Of a stretch of DNA of 64,000 nt, positions 25,152-34,958 are shown piece by piece. Under the pieces are notes generated by a model. The model saw only the letters and a list, made by a program, of their open reading frames with translations. It was not told the DNA's origin and did no database searches. Position numbers and translations under genes: made by a program. This DNA comes from Verrucomicrobiota bacterium (GTDB taxonomy: Bacteria > Verrucomicrobiota > Verrucomicrobiia > Limisphaerales > UBA11358). Numbering within the stretch: the stretch's first letter is position 1; the number at the start of each line of letters is the position of its first letter. The DNA lies in contig JBEKBA010000001.1 of the NCBI GenBank assembly GCA_050015635.1, positions 18,676-82,675 on the forward strand. The letters are read 5' to 3'.

Positions 25152-26645
25152 CTATTTTGCCTCAAGGTTGACGCCGTTGCGTTCGAGCGTGCTGCCTTCC
25201 TGTGCGGCGAGATTGGCCAGATCTTCCTCGTAGTTGGCGAGCGCACGAATTTCCTGGCCGCGCGCGGTGGTCAGGCTGCTTTGATATTGGAGCACTTCAA
25301 AGGTGGTGGCCTTGCCAACGGCGTAGGTCTTCTGTTCCGCGTCGAGCGCGGCCTCGGCATAAATACGCGCCTGCCGCGTCGCATCCACGCTTTGATAATC
25401 GGATTGTGCCTGTTTCACCGCGTTGTCAATCTGCACCATGACGTTTTGTTCAAGCTGTTTTAATTGCAACACGATTTGTTGCAAGGTCGCCTTGGTGGAT
25501 TTGTATTGGTTGCGCGGTCCGATGTTGCTCAACGGAACAGAAAATTGTGCGCCGTAACTGTAAAAAGGTGCATTGCCCTGGTTGATTTGATTGAACGTGC
25601 CGCTATATTCCTGCCCCGCGCCGTTGTAACCGTAAGTGCCAATCAAATCGAGTTCGGGAAAAAGCTGGTTGCGATAAAATTTCAACTGAATGCCCTGCTG
25701 CTCCACATTCAGGCGCGCCTGCAACAGATCGGGCCGCTCGGTCATGCCTTTGTTCCAGCTATCCTGCAAATCGAACAATTGCATCGGCGCGGTGAGGGTT
25801 TCAGAAGGTTGAATATCCGTGTCATGCCATTTTGAATAATCATCGGTGACCAGGTTTTTCAACGTGTTCTGGTCGGTTTCGAGCGTGCTTTGCGCCGCGA
25901 TCAAACTCGCCTTGCTCTGCGCAAGCTGCGATTCGTCCGACTGCACGCTCAATTGCGCCAGCGTGCCGATTTCCACACGCTGTTTGTCCTGATCCAACTG
26001 AGTTTGCGCCAGTTCGAGCGCGTCTTGCTGCACCTTCACATTGTCCTGCGCGTAAATCAGTTCGTAATAAGCGTTCGCCACCGCGGTGACCGAGGTGATG
26101 ATTTGCAGTCGCAAACCTTGCTCGGAATATTGCAAGCGGTTTTTGGCGACGCGGATCGTCAGCCGCGTGGTATCAATCCAGAAATTTTTTAGCAACGGTT
26201 GCGTGAGACTGACACCAATCGAGCCGCTGGATGTTTGTGGAGAATTTGTCAAACTTGGGAACATTGTGTCCGAGACATTGCCGCTAAAATCGTATTGCAA
26301 TCCTTCCGGCAGCGAGCCGCTGATGCCAGAACTGAAAGTATCCGCCTTGGACGTAGTCGCTGGTATGGAAATGTTATCTGAGGTTAACGCTCCGCTGGGC
26401 TGCACATTGAAATCGTGCTGGCCGGAAATGTTTAACGTCGGATCGTAACCGCCGTAGGCCGCACTTAAATTGTAGAGTGAAATCTGCGGGTCGTAGCGCT
26501 CGATCTGAACGTCGAAGTTATGCGCCAGTGCCGCCTGAATACAGTCGGACAATGACATTTCGCGCGTTGCCATGTTTGTGCTGGTTTGCGCGGTGGCGGC
26601 AAAAATCGTCAGAAGAGAAATCAAAACAACGCCAAAACTTTTCAT
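25152..26645 (-). CDS. TolC-family outer membrane efflux protein
   Basis: ORF 25152..26645. It has a signal peptide and two internally repeated coiled/beta segments typical of the OEP family (LSLSDCIQAALAHNFDVQ..., LNVEQQGIQLKFYRNQLFPELDL...). Confidence 0.88.
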   Translation of the reverse strand: MKSFGVVLISLLTIFAATAQTSTNMATREMSLSDCIQAALAHNFDVQIERYDPQISLYNLSAAYGGYDPTLNISGQHDFNVQPSGALTSDNISIPATTSKADTFSSGISGSLPEGLQYDFSGNVSDTMFPSLTNSPQTSSGSIGVSLTQPLLKNFWIDTTRLTIRVAKNRLQYSEQGLRLQIITSVTAVANAYYELIYAQDNVKVQQDALELAQTQLDQDKQRVEIGTLAQLSVQSDESQLAQSKASLIAAQSTLETDQNTLKNLVTDDYSKWHDTDIQPSETLTAPMQLFDLQDSWNKGMTERPDLLQARLNVEQQGIQLKFYRNQLFPELDLIGTYGYNGAGQEYSGTFNQINQGNAPFYSYGAQFSVPLSNIGPRNQYKSTKATLQQIVLQLKQLEQNVMVQIDNAVKQAQSDYQSVDATRQARIYAEAALDAEQKTYAVGKATTFEVLQYQSSLTTARGQEIRALANYEEDLANLAAQEGSTLERNGVNLEAK

Positions 26646-26653
26646 GATGCCCG

Positions 26654-26682
26654 ATGTTGCGGCTTCCGCCGTGATTCGTCAA
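26654..26682 (-). promoter_or_regulatory. putative promoter of the TolC-family gene
   Basis: Read on the minus strand: TTGACG (26682-26677), 17 nt spacer, CAACAT (26659-26654), then 8 nt to ATG 26645. Confidence 0.35.
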
Positions 26683-26775
26683 ATGCAAGCCGCTCCCAAA
26701 CCCGGCAAGGTAACCAATTGGTTAATTAACGCCCACGCCCCGAAACAAACCCCGTATGGCGATAAAAATTGCAAC

Positions 26776-28098
26776 TCAACCCGGCTTCACCGCGGCGGCC
26801 GACACAGTCTCGATTTTTGCGTTGATTTCGAGAAATTCGAGAACTTTTTCATGTGCGATCTGGTCGTAAAGTTCGTTCACGCCGTTGCGTTTCTGCAAAT
26901 CTTTGATGAATTGGTCGGGCGGAATCTGATATGCCGCCGACAGCGACTGCACGCGCCGCAAAACTTCCTCCTGCGAAACTTTTATGCCCTCTTTTTCGGC
27001 GATGCTCTGGACCAGAAATGCCAGCTTCACCCGTTCCTTGGCGTTGCGCGTGGCCGCCGCGTAAATTTCCTCCTTCTGCTTCTCGATCAAGTCGCGTGAC
27101 ACGCCGCGTTTGGAATTTTCCTGCACGATGTTATAGACCACATTACGCGTCTCGTGCGCGACCGCTGATTCCGGCAGATCAAAATTCGCGCCGCCGAGCA
27201 ACGCGTCAATGATTTGCCCTCGAACCACCTTGGCCTGTGAAGATTTCAACTCGTTCTCCAAATCGCGGCGGACGCCTTCACGAAGCTTTGCCAGATTTTC
27301 CGCATCGTATTTTTTGGCCAGTTCATCGTCAACCGGCGGAATGGTTTTTTCCTTCACCTCGACGACTTCAACGTCAAACACGCCCTTTTTGCCCGCGAGT
27401 TCCTTCGTCACGAAATCGGCGGGAAAATCCACGTTGACCGTGCGTTTGTCCCCCGCTTTCGCGCCGGTGAGTTGCTCGGCGAAACCGGCGATGAACGTGT
27501 TCGGCGCGATGTCCACCCAGAACTTTTTCTGCTCGGTCAAACCCTTCGCCGTCGGCGCGGCTTCTGTAATCGGCTTGCCGTCGCAAGTGCCGGTGTAATT
27601 TACGACTGCGACGTCGCCCATTTTCAATTCACGCGCGACGGTTTCAAATTTTATGTGCTGCTGCGCGAGCATTTTCAACGCGCGTTCCACGTCTCCGTCC
27701 GTGACCGATTTGGCTTCGCGTTTGACCGGCAGACCCTTGTATTCGGGTAATTGAAATTCCGGCGCGGTCTCAATTGTCGCCGCGAACTGCAGATTTTGCC
27801 CGCGACCGAATTGAATTTCCTCAATGTCAGGATAGCCAATGACGTTGAGTTTTTTTTCTTCGAGCGCCTTGCGATACGAATCGCCGATGAGCTTGCGTTT
27901 GACCTCATCCTTGATGTCCGCCTCGAATTTTTTGAGTACGAGGTCGCGTGGCGCCTTGCCGGGGCGAAAGCCGGGCAGCGCGGCCTGCTTTTGATAATTT
28001 TTCGTCATGGTGTCGAAGGCGTCGTCCACGGCCTTCCCGTCCAATTCCACACGCAGCAATTTTTTGCACGGCGCCAGATTTTCAACGGTGATATTCAC
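26776..28098 (-). CDS. tig: trigger factor
   Basis: ORF 26776..28098 with a GTG start. It has the N-terminal ribosome-binding region (MNITVENLAPCKKLLRVEL...GFRPGKAP), an FKBP-like middle domain and a C-terminal arm. Confidence 0.93.
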   Translation of the reverse strand: MNITVENLAPCKKLLRVELDGKAVDDAFDTMTKNYQKQAALPGFRPGKAPRDLVLKKFEADIKDEVKRKLIGDSYRKALEEKKLNVIGYPDIEEIQFGRGQNLQFAATIETAPEFQLPEYKGLPVKREAKSVTDGDVERALKMLAQQHIKFETVARELKMGDVAVVNYTGTCDGKPITEAAPTAKGLTEQKKFWVDIAPNTFIAGFAEQLTGAKAGDKRTVNVDFPADFVTKELAGKKGVFDVEVVEVKEKTIPPVDDELAKKYDAENLAKLREGVRRDLENELKSSQAKVVRGQIIDALLGGANFDLPESAVAHETRNVVYNIVQENSKRGVSRDLIEKQKEEIYAAATRNAKERVKLAFLVQSIAEKEGIKVSQEEVLRRVQSLSAAYQIPPDQFIKDLQKRNGVNELYDQIAHEKVLEFLEINAKIETVSAAAVKPG

Positions 28099-28201
28099 AA
28101 TAAAATTTCAGTTAAACGAGCCGCGCAGAATAAGTGAACCGCGTCAATTCCGTCAACGGTTTTGATGGCTTGCAAAAGAAGTTTCCGCTTTGATGTCGTG
28201 A

Positions 28202-28876
28202 ATGAAGCGAGTGACGTTCTTTATCACCGGCACGGACACCGGCGTCGGCAAAACGGTTTTGACCGCGCTGCTGACGCAATTTCTGTGTGAATGCGGCGTC
28301 AACGTGGCGGCGCTCAAACCCATTTGCTCTGGCAGTCGCGGCGACGCTCGCGCGCTTCATGCCGCCATGAGCGGCACGCTCACGTTCGACGAAATCAATT
28401 CATGGTATTTTCGCGCGCCGGTTGCGCCGTTGCTCGCCGCGCGCCGGGAAAATGAACGCGTGAAACTTTCGCAAGTTCTCGCGCATGTCCGCGCGATGCA
28501 AAAACGCTTTGACACCTTGCTGATTGAAGGCGCGGGCGGCTTGTTGAGTCCGCTTGGCGAGAATTTTAATTCACGCAATTTGATCACCGCCTTGCGCGCG
28601 ACACCGGTTGTCGTTTGTCCGAACCGTCTCGGCGCGGTGAATCAGGTTTTGCTCACGCTCGAAGCGTTGCCGAAAAATTTACGGGCGAGAACACGGGTTG
28701 TTTTGGTGTCACTGCCAAAATCCCATCTTTCGACAAAAATCAACTCGAAGCTGCTCGCGGAATTTTCAAACGCAAAAATCTTTTCGCTGCCGTGGCTCGG
28801 CAAAGATTTTGAGGCGATTCACGTCCTGAAAAATTTCCGCGTGCGGCAAACGCTTCGCGCGCTGGCGCAAACTTGA
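28202..28876 (+). CDS. bioD: dethiobiotin synthase
   Basis: ORF 28202..28876, with the P-loop FITGTDTGVGKT and LIEGAGGLLSP. Confidence 0.88.
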   Translation: MKRVTFFITGTDTGVGKTVLTALLTQFLCECGVNVAALKPICSGSRGDARALHAAMSGTLTFDEINSWYFRAPVAPLLAARRENERVKLSQVLAHVRAMQKRFDTLLIEGAGGLLSPLGENFNSRNLITALRATPVVVCPNRLGAVNQVLLTLEALPKNLRARTRVVLVSLPKSHLSTKINSKLLAEFSNAKIFSLPWLGKDFEAIHVLKNFRVRQTLRALAQT

Positions 28877-28877
28877 T

Positions 28878-30917
28878 TCAATTATTCGGAAGAACCTCCG
28901 GCAGCGCGTTGGTGGCCAAAAACGATTCACGCCACGGCCGGTGATTTTTGTAAAGCTCAAGCCGTTGTTGCAGAGGTTCGAGCTTTTTCATTTGCGCGGC
29001 AGTTGCCAGTTCAATCGCCCTTTGCATCACTTCGGTTGCGTTGGTGAAATCGCCGACCTCGGCATAGGCCATGCCGAGCGCGTCGAGTACCTGGGGTTGC
29101 GTGCCGCCGGTGAGGGCGTTGGCCTTGGCGGCAAGGACGAGTGCGGTTTTTCCGTCGCGGATTTCAGAGTTTTCATCGGCGGCCAGAACGTGGGCGGTGT
29201 AGGCGAGGATTTGAAAATTATCGAGATCGCAGCGCAGCGCGTCGTGGAACTGGATAATCGCCTCGGTGTCGCGGCCTTGCTTGAGCAGCGCCTTGGCCAT
29301 TTCAAAATGCGGCCACGGGGAGGCCGGATCAAGTTGCGCGGCATTGGAGAATTCAGCCATGGCCTCGTTGAAGCGTCCCAATTCGATGAGCACGACGCCG
29401 AGGCTGTCGTGGAGAACCGGCACCCTGGGATTCAGCCGGATGGCGGTGCGATATTCGGCCAACGCGGCGTCCGGCTGGCCGAGGTTGTCGAGCAGATTGC
29501 CGAGGTTGTTGTGAATTTGATAACGCCCCGGCGTGAGCTTTGCGGCGGCACGATATTCGACCAGTGCATCATTCAATTTCCCCTGTTGTTCAAGCGCGAC
29601 GCCGAGATCCACAAGCGCGATGTCATTGTCCTTTGTCACCGCAATCGCGTGGCGGAAAAGCGACTCGCTGTCTTGCCAGTAACCCAATTGTTTTTCCGTC
29701 AAAAACAGGCACATGCTGAGAATCAAAACGGATGCCGCAGAGAAAATGCCTTTGGGAAATTGAAAACGATTCAGCAGATCACACGCACAGAAAGTGATGG
29801 CCAGGAAAATTCCGATGGCCGGAAAATAATTATATCGGTCGGCCAGTGCCGCCCCGCCGACCTGCACGAGGCCGATGACCGGCACGAGCGTGCCCAGAAA
29901 CCATAGCCAGCCGACAAACAGATGTGGGCTGCGTTTGCGCGCGAGCCAGGCGGCGGCTGAAATGAAAATCAAAACAAGAACGGAAACAACGATCGCGAGC
30001 GGCGGAATTCTGTCAGGCATCGGATAAATGACTGCGAGATCCGTCGGCCAGATCATTTTCAGCAGGTAGCGCGCGACCGCGAGCGGCGCATTTTCCAGGC
30101 GATAGTGCAGCGAAACATTTTTGAGCGACGCGACCGCGCCGCCGCCGCGTTGCGCCAGAAAAGTCACGACGCACGAAATGGCCGTGAGCAGGAAGAACGG
30201 CCATTTTTCCAGCGTCAAGCGCGTGACTGTCACCATTTGAAATTTGAAATTTGAAAATCTTTGCAGCGGCCAAAAATCCAGGAGCACCATTACAAATGGC
30301 AGCGTGACGAACATCGGTTTGGACATGAGGCCGAGCGCGAAGAAAATTAGCGCCAGAAAATAGTCGAAGGTCGAGCCTCTAAGGTTGAGAGCTGGAGTTG
30401 CCATTTCTGCCCGCAACGCTTGACCCTCGACTTTCGATTGCTTCTGCGCGTAACGCGTGTAACTTAAAAGCGCCAGCAGCGCGAAGAACGTGCTCAAAAC
30501 GTCCTTGCGTTCCGAGATCCACGCGACGGATTCGACGTGCAGCGGATGCCATGCGAACAGCGCGGCGATGAAGGCGCACGGCCAAAGCAAGTTCGTCAAC
30601 CGCAGCAGCAGTGCGAAAAGCAAAACGGCGTTCGCGGCGTGGAACAGCACGTTAACAAAGTGGTGTGCCCCGGCGTTGAGGCCGAACAACTGGCAGTCAG
30701 CCATGTGCGAGAGCCAGGTGAACGGATGCCAGTTGCTCGCGTAAAAGGTGGTGAATGCCCATTTGATGTCCGGCCACGTCAGGCCGTTTTTGACGAAGCT
30801 GTTTTCGGTGACGTAAACGGTGTCGTCGTAATTCAAGAAGCCGTGAGTTCCCACCGGCAGATAAACCACCAGCGTGACGAGCGCGAGCAGCAGAGCCACT
30901 AAACGCGGACGGGACAT
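28878..30917 (-). CDS. TMTC-like protein O-mannosyltransferase family protein (N-terminal polytopic GT-C domain + C-terminal TPR repeats)
   Basis: This is the ATG 30917 sub-ORF of 28878..31031. It begins MSRPRLVALLLALVTLVVYLPVGTHGFLNYDDTVYVTEN...WHPFTWLSHM, which is DUF1736/TMTC-like. Multiple TM helices are followed by at least 6 TPR units (YRAAAKLTPGRYQIHNNLG...). Confidence 0.8.
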   Translation of the reverse strand: MSRPRLVALLLALVTLVVYLPVGTHGFLNYDDTVYVTENSFVKNGLTWPDIKWAFTTFYASNWHPFTWLSHMADCQLFGLNAGAHHFVNVLFHAANAVLLFALLLRLTNLLWPCAFIAALFAWHPLHVESVAWISERKDVLSTFFALLALLSYTRYAQKQSKVEGQALRAEMATPALNLRGSTFDYFLALIFFALGLMSKPMFVTLPFVMVLLDFWPLQRFSNFKFQMVTVTRLTLEKWPFFLLTAISCVVTFLAQRGGGAVASLKNVSLHYRLENAPLAVARYLLKMIWPTDLAVIYPMPDRIPPLAIVVSVLVLIFISAAAWLARKRSPHLFVGWLWFLGTLVPVIGLVQVGGAALADRYNYFPAIGIFLAITFCACDLLNRFQFPKGIFSAASVLILSMCLFLTEKQLGYWQDSESLFRHAIAVTKDNDIALVDLGVALEQQGKLNDALVEYRAAAKLTPGRYQIHNNLGNLLDNLGQPDAALAEYRTAIRLNPRVPVLHDSLGVVLIELGRFNEAMAEFSNAAQLDPASPWPHFEMAKALLKQGRDTEAIIQFHDALRCDLDNFQILAYTAHVLAADENSEIRDGKTALVLAAKANALTGGTQPQVLDALGMAYAEVGDFTNATEVMQRAIELATAAQMKKLEPLQQRLELYKNHRPWRESFLATNALPEVLPNN
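30235..30262. repeat. tandem heptanucleotide array (atttgaa x3 + degenerate unit) inside the TMTC-like gene
   Basis: Read directly: atttgaa atttgaa atttgaa aatcttt. On the minus strand it encodes QRFSNFKFQM. Confidence 0.75.
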
Positions 30918-31084
30918 CGCGTTACTCTGTAGCAATTTTTCCGGCGCGGACAAAGTTTGTTTTTCGCGTAAAAAGGCTTGGCATTTTTTGCGCGGCGAAT
31001 AATAATTTGTGCGGCAGGAAATTGTTCGCACCGCCTGCCGCCTGGCCGCCTCGGTTCCTCACGGCCAAGTCACCGTCGTAATTT

Positions 31085-31813
31085 ATGGATGGACTCTGTC
31101 TATTTGCCGCTGTGGGAACCGCTTCTAATCAGGCGGAACTCATCTATGTTTGGACACAGGCGACGCCGGAAGCCAAGGCGATCATCGCCTGTCTCATCGT
31201 TTTTTCCATTCTCGCGTGGTCAGTCATGGTTTCGAAAGTGATTCAAATGCGGCGGGCGCGCCGGTTGAATCATTATTTCAACGAGGAATTCCGCGCGCAA
31301 AAAAAAGTGCTCGATATTTTCGACCGCAAGTTACAGGTCGAAGGCTGCCCGCTTTACGCGGTTTATCAAACCGGCTGCGGGCAGCTCGACGCGCGGTTGC
31401 GCGGGCCGGGTGGCGAACGGCGCAGACAAAGTATTTCGCTCAAAAACATTGAGCACGTCAAACGCGCCATTGAAAATGTCGTTGCACAGGAATCGTTGAA
31501 ATTGGAGTCAGGTTTGATTTTGCTGGCCATCGCGGTGAGCGGTGCGCCATTCATCGGATTGCTTGGTACGGTTTGGGGGGTGATGAGTACGTTCGCCGGT
31601 GTGGCGCAACAAGGCAGCGCGACGATGGCGGCGATGGCGCCGGGCGTCGCGGCGGCGCTCATCACGACGGTAGGTGGACTGCTGGTGGCGATTCCCTCGA
31701 TGTTCGGCTACAATTGGCTGGTACACAACTTGCGCGTGTTCACGGTTGGACTCGACAATTTCGCGCAGGAACTCGTTTCCAAAATGGAGGCGGAATTTCT
31801 GGCGGACGATTAA
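31085..31813 (+). CDS. tolQ: MotA/TolQ/ExbB proton-channel protein (TolQ by context)
   Basis: ORF 31085..31813. It has three TM segments and the conserved GLLGTVWGVMSTF. It is the first gene of a tolQ-tolR-tolA-tolB-pal-like run. Confidence 0.85.
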   Translation: MDGLCLFAAVGTASNQAELIYVWTQATPEAKAIIACLIVFSILAWSVMVSKVIQMRRARRLNHYFNEEFRAQKKVLDIFDRKLQVEGCPLYAVYQTGCGQLDARLRGPGGERRRQSISLKNIEHVKRAIENVVAQESLKLESGLILLAIAVSGAPFIGLLGTVWGVMSTFAGVAQQGSATMAAMAPGVAAALITTVGGLLVAIPSMFGYNWLVHNLRVFTVGLDNFAQELVSKMEAEFLADD

Positions 31814-31819
31814 ATTGTT

Positions 31820-32239
31820 TTGAACATGAGACGATTTTCCCAACGCAGTTATCTCGTGACATTGAGCGAAATCAACATCACGCCGCTGCTCGACCTCGCG
31901 TTCGTGCTGCTCATCATTTTCGTCATCACAACGCCGTTGCTGGAGCAAAGCATCAATCTCAAACTTCCGCGCGGCGGCCAGCCGGATAAATTCGTGAACA
32001 AACGCGACATTCGCACCGTCGAAGTGAGCAACACGGGTGTTTATGCACTCGATAGACAACGGATGTCCTTCAACCAATTGCTCGCGCAACTGGCGCAGGA
32101 TTTTCGGGCAAATCCCGATTTGATCGTTTATATTCGCGCGGATCAGGACGGTCCTTACAAAAACGTTGCCGCCGTGATTGACGGCTGCCAGCGCAGCGGC
32201 ATCACGCGCTATTCGCTGCGAACCGAACCGACAAAATGA
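31820..32239 (+). CDS. tolR: ExbD/TolR-family biopolymer transport protein
   Basis: ORF 31820..32239, with INITPLLDLAFVLLIIFV and an ExbD-like periplasmic domain. Confidence 0.85.
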   Translation: MNMRRFSQRSYLVTLSEINITPLLDLAFVLLIIFVITTPLLEQSINLKLPRGGQPDKFVNKRDIRTVEVSNTGVYALDRQRMSFNQLLAQLAQDFRANPDLIVYIRADQDGPYKNVAAVIDGCQRSGITRYSLRTEPTK

Positions 32240-33012
32240 ACCGGCTGCAAAAAAAATGCTTCATGGTGACGGCGGGAATTCACCTGCTACTGCTCGTCAT
32301 TTTATTTGTCGGCCCGGCTTTTTTCTCGGCCCAGCAAAAACCGGACGATTTGCTGGTGCTCGATGTGATTCCGGCCAATTTAATTGACGCGCCGTTTAAC
32401 AGTGGTGTCAAAAACGCGCAACCGCCTCCGCCAGTTGTTCAACCCGCGCCGCAGCCGCCCGTACCAATATCGGTGGTGACGCCGCCCACGCTCGTGCAGA
32501 GGTTGGAGAAAATATTTACACCTGAACCGGTTAAACCGATGCAGAATGCGACCGAAAGCGAGCCACACAAAATTCAAGTCAACACGCAATTGACGACGCG
32601 CACCGCACAGGAAAAGTCCATGGCTGATTCGCAGCGCGCACGGGCAATCAAGAGCGCGCTCCAGAGATTGAAGAATAATTTGTCTTCAGTCACGGAAGTA
32701 AACCTGTCTGGCAACAGCAGCGCGGCTTATGCGAATTACGGCGACGTTGTTCTCAATGTTTATCACAATGCCTGGATGCCACCGGACGGTATGGCCAGTG
32801 ACAACGTGACGGTCCAATTCAAGGTTACCATTGCCAGAGACGGCACAGTTATTTCGGCGCGTATCGTCACACCGTCAGGTGATGCAAACATAGACGCCGC
32901 TGTGCAACGTATGTTGGATCGCGTCACGTTTATTGCGCCGTTTCCCGAAAGCACGACGGAAACGGAACGGCCTTACCTCATCAAATTCAAAGCCACCCGA
33001 ACGAACGAATGA
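32236..33012 (+). CDS. TonB/TolA-like energy transducer (TM anchor, Pro-rich spacer, TonB_C-like domain)
   Basis: ORF 32236..33012 overlaps the tolR stop. It has an N-terminal TM helix, the PPPPVVQPAPQPPVP spacer, and a C-terminal segment VQFKVTIARDGTVISARIVTPSGDANIDAAV. Confidence 0.75.
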   Translation: MNRLQKKCFMVTAGIHLLLLVILFVGPAFFSAQQKPDDLLVLDVIPANLIDAPFNSGVKNAQPPPPVVQPAPQPPVPISVVTPPTLVQRLEKIFTPEPVKPMQNATESEPHKIQVNTQLTTRTAQEKSMADSQRARAIKSALQRLKNNLSSVTEVNLSGNSSAAYANYGDVVLNVYHNAWMPPDGMASDNVTVQFKVTIARDGTVISARIVTPSGDANIDAAVQRMLDRVTFIAPFPESTTETERPYLIKFKATRTNE

Positions 33013-34205
33013 AAAAAGTTATTTTGAACCTCATTAAAATTTGCCTGCCGATTTTGATTTGTGCGGCGGCGATAAACATTGCGCGCAGCCAAGACCAGAA
33101 CACGCTTAATATGAGCGTAACGGTTCCGGTGCTCGGCGAAACCAAACCCATTCCTGTCTCGCTTGATGGTTTTACCGGCGAAGTCGCGAACGTTTTGAAA
33201 TTCGATCTTTACGTTCAAGGCTTCACGTTCGTCGCGCCGGACGCGGCGCAATATCAAATCAGCGGCAGCAACGCGGGCAATGTCGTTGGCCGGGTTGTGG
33301 ATCCTTTTGCAAAAAGCACAATTCTTTCGCGCAGCTATACTGGCGCGAGTTTGCGACGACAGACCCACGCATTCTCCGATGACATTGTTTTTGCAATTAC
33401 TGGCAAAAAGGGAATCGCACAGACAAAAATCACGTTCAAAGTTGAAACGGCCGGCGGCAACGGAGAAATTTACGTTTCCGATTTCGACGGCCATAACGCG
33501 CTGACCGTCACGCACGACAACACGATTGTCGCCGCCCCGGCGTGGGTGCCCGGCAAACTCGCGGTTTATTACACTTCCTACAAGGTCGGCAATCCGGATA
33601 TTTTTTTTCACAACTTGAGCACCGGCAAGCGACGCGTCATTGCGGGTTACTCCGGTTTAAATACGAGCGCGGCGGTGTCGCCGGACGGCACGAAAGTTGC
33701 CATGATTTTGAGCAAGAGCGGTAGCCCGGATGTGTGGGTTTGCGACGCGGACGGCTCAAATTTGGAACAATTGACCGCGACGCCGGAGGATGAATCGTCG
33801 CCATGCTGGTCGCCAGACGGACAGTGGATTTGTTTCGCGACGAAAATCGCCGAGCGGCGTATGCTCGCCAAAATTCCGGCGGGCGGCGGAGCGATTCAAC
33901 GGATTCCGACGCCCGATGCGCCGAACCCGACCGAGCCGGACTGGTCGCCAGACGGCAAATGGATTGCGTTCACCCGTCAGGCGGGGGAGTTCGATATTTG
34001 CGTCATGCCGGCGGACGGCAGTCTGCCGCCGACGGTGCTGGTGGCGGGACAGCACCCATCATGGTCGCCAAATTCGCGCACACTGGTTTTCAACCGCGCG
34101 GTCGGCTACCGGCAGGTGTTGTCTTTGCTTGACGTGTTCACGAAACAGGTCAAGGATATTGCGCGCGTTTCAGGAAATGATTCTGAACCCGCTTGGGCGA
34201 AATAA
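33009..34205 (+). CDS. tolB: Tol-Pal system beta-propeller protein TolB
   Basis: ORF 33009..34205. It has a signal peptide and repeated WD-like SPDG blades (VSPDGTKVAM, WSPDGQWICF, WSPDGKWIAF, WSPNSRTLVF). Confidence 0.9.
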   Translation: MKKVILNLIKICLPILICAAAINIARSQDQNTLNMSVTVPVLGETKPIPVSLDGFTGEVANVLKFDLYVQGFTFVAPDAAQYQISGSNAGNVVGRVVDPFAKSTILSRSYTGASLRRQTHAFSDDIVFAITGKKGIAQTKITFKVETAGGNGEIYVSDFDGHNALTVTHDNTIVAAPAWVPGKLAVYYTSYKVGNPDIFFHNLSTGKRRVIAGYSGLNTSAAVSPDGTKVAMILSKSGSPDVWVCDADGSNLEQLTATPEDESSPCWSPDGQWICFATKIAERRMLAKIPAGGGAIQRIPTPDAPNPTEPDWSPDGKWIAFTRQAGEFDICVMPADGSLPPTVLVAGQHPSWSPNSRTLVFNRAVGYRQVLSLLDVFTKQVKDIARVSGNDSEPAWAK

Positions 34206-34242
34206 TTTTGATTTTAATTTTTAACCAAGCAAATTAAAACCA

Positions 34243-34845
34243 ATGGAAGGAAAAATGAAAACGATGAAACTGATTTACCCGCTGGCGTTCGCGCTGGCCG
34301 TCATGTTCGCCGCCACCGGCTGCCATAACCACCAACCCGTGAGCATCACGCCGCTGCCCGGATCGCCGGGCGCCACGCCGAATGATTTGAACGGCGGAGG
34401 CACATTGCCGCCAAATGGAGGCGTTCAAAATCAAGCCGGCGGAGGGCCGACGGCAAACTTGGAAGAATTTGAGAACATGGTGATGGATCGCACCGCGCTG
34501 GCCGCCTACACGGTGCATTTCGCTTACGACAGCGCCGCCGTGCGCAAAAGTGAGTATTCAAATCTTGAAGCCGTTGCCTCTGCATTAAGCGCGGATGCGA
34601 GTGCGAAACTGCTCATCGAAGGTCATTGCGACGAACGCGGCACGGAGGAATACAATCGCTCGCTCGGCGAACGGCGCGCGCTGGCGTTGCGTGAGTCGCT
34701 GGCGAAGATGGGCGTTGACCCGTCGCGTGTCCGCACCATCAGCTATGGCAAGGACCGTCCGGTTGACCCCGGCCATGACGAAGCAGCGTGGGCGCAAAAC
34801 CGCCGCGGCGAATTCGTCCTGCTGCATCCGAAGGCGTCGTCGTAA
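34243..34845 (+). CDS. pal: peptidoglycan-associated lipoprotein (OmpA-family C-terminal domain)
   Basis: ORF 34243..34845; the true start may be ATG 34255 or 34264. It has the lipobox FAATGC and the OmpA-like core VHFAYDSAAV...IEGHCDERGTEEYNRSLGERRA. Confidence 0.9.
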   Translation: MEGKMKTMKLIYPLAFALAVMFAATGCHNHQPVSITPLPGSPGATPNDLNGGGTLPPNGGVQNQAGGGPTANLEEFENMVMDRTALAAYTVHFAYDSAAVRKSEYSNLEAVASALSADASAKLLIEGHCDERGTEEYNRSLGERRALALRESLAKMGVDPSRVRTISYGKDRPVDPGHDEAAWAQNRRGEFVLLHPKASS

Positions 34846-34870
34846 TCGACAGAGAAAGTTTGAAATTGTT

Positions 34871-34903
34871 CAAGGGTTGCGCGTTTCACAGCCCTTGCTT
34901 TTT
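34871..34903 (+). terminator. rho-independent terminator after pal
   Basis: The stem caagggttg (34871-34879) / cagcccttg (34889-34897) contains one G-U pair and is followed by cttttt. Confidence 0.65.
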
Positions 34904-34958
34904 GGCACTTTACTATTTAACAAAGCGGGCGTAGCTTTCCCAAGGCTCGAAAAAATTT

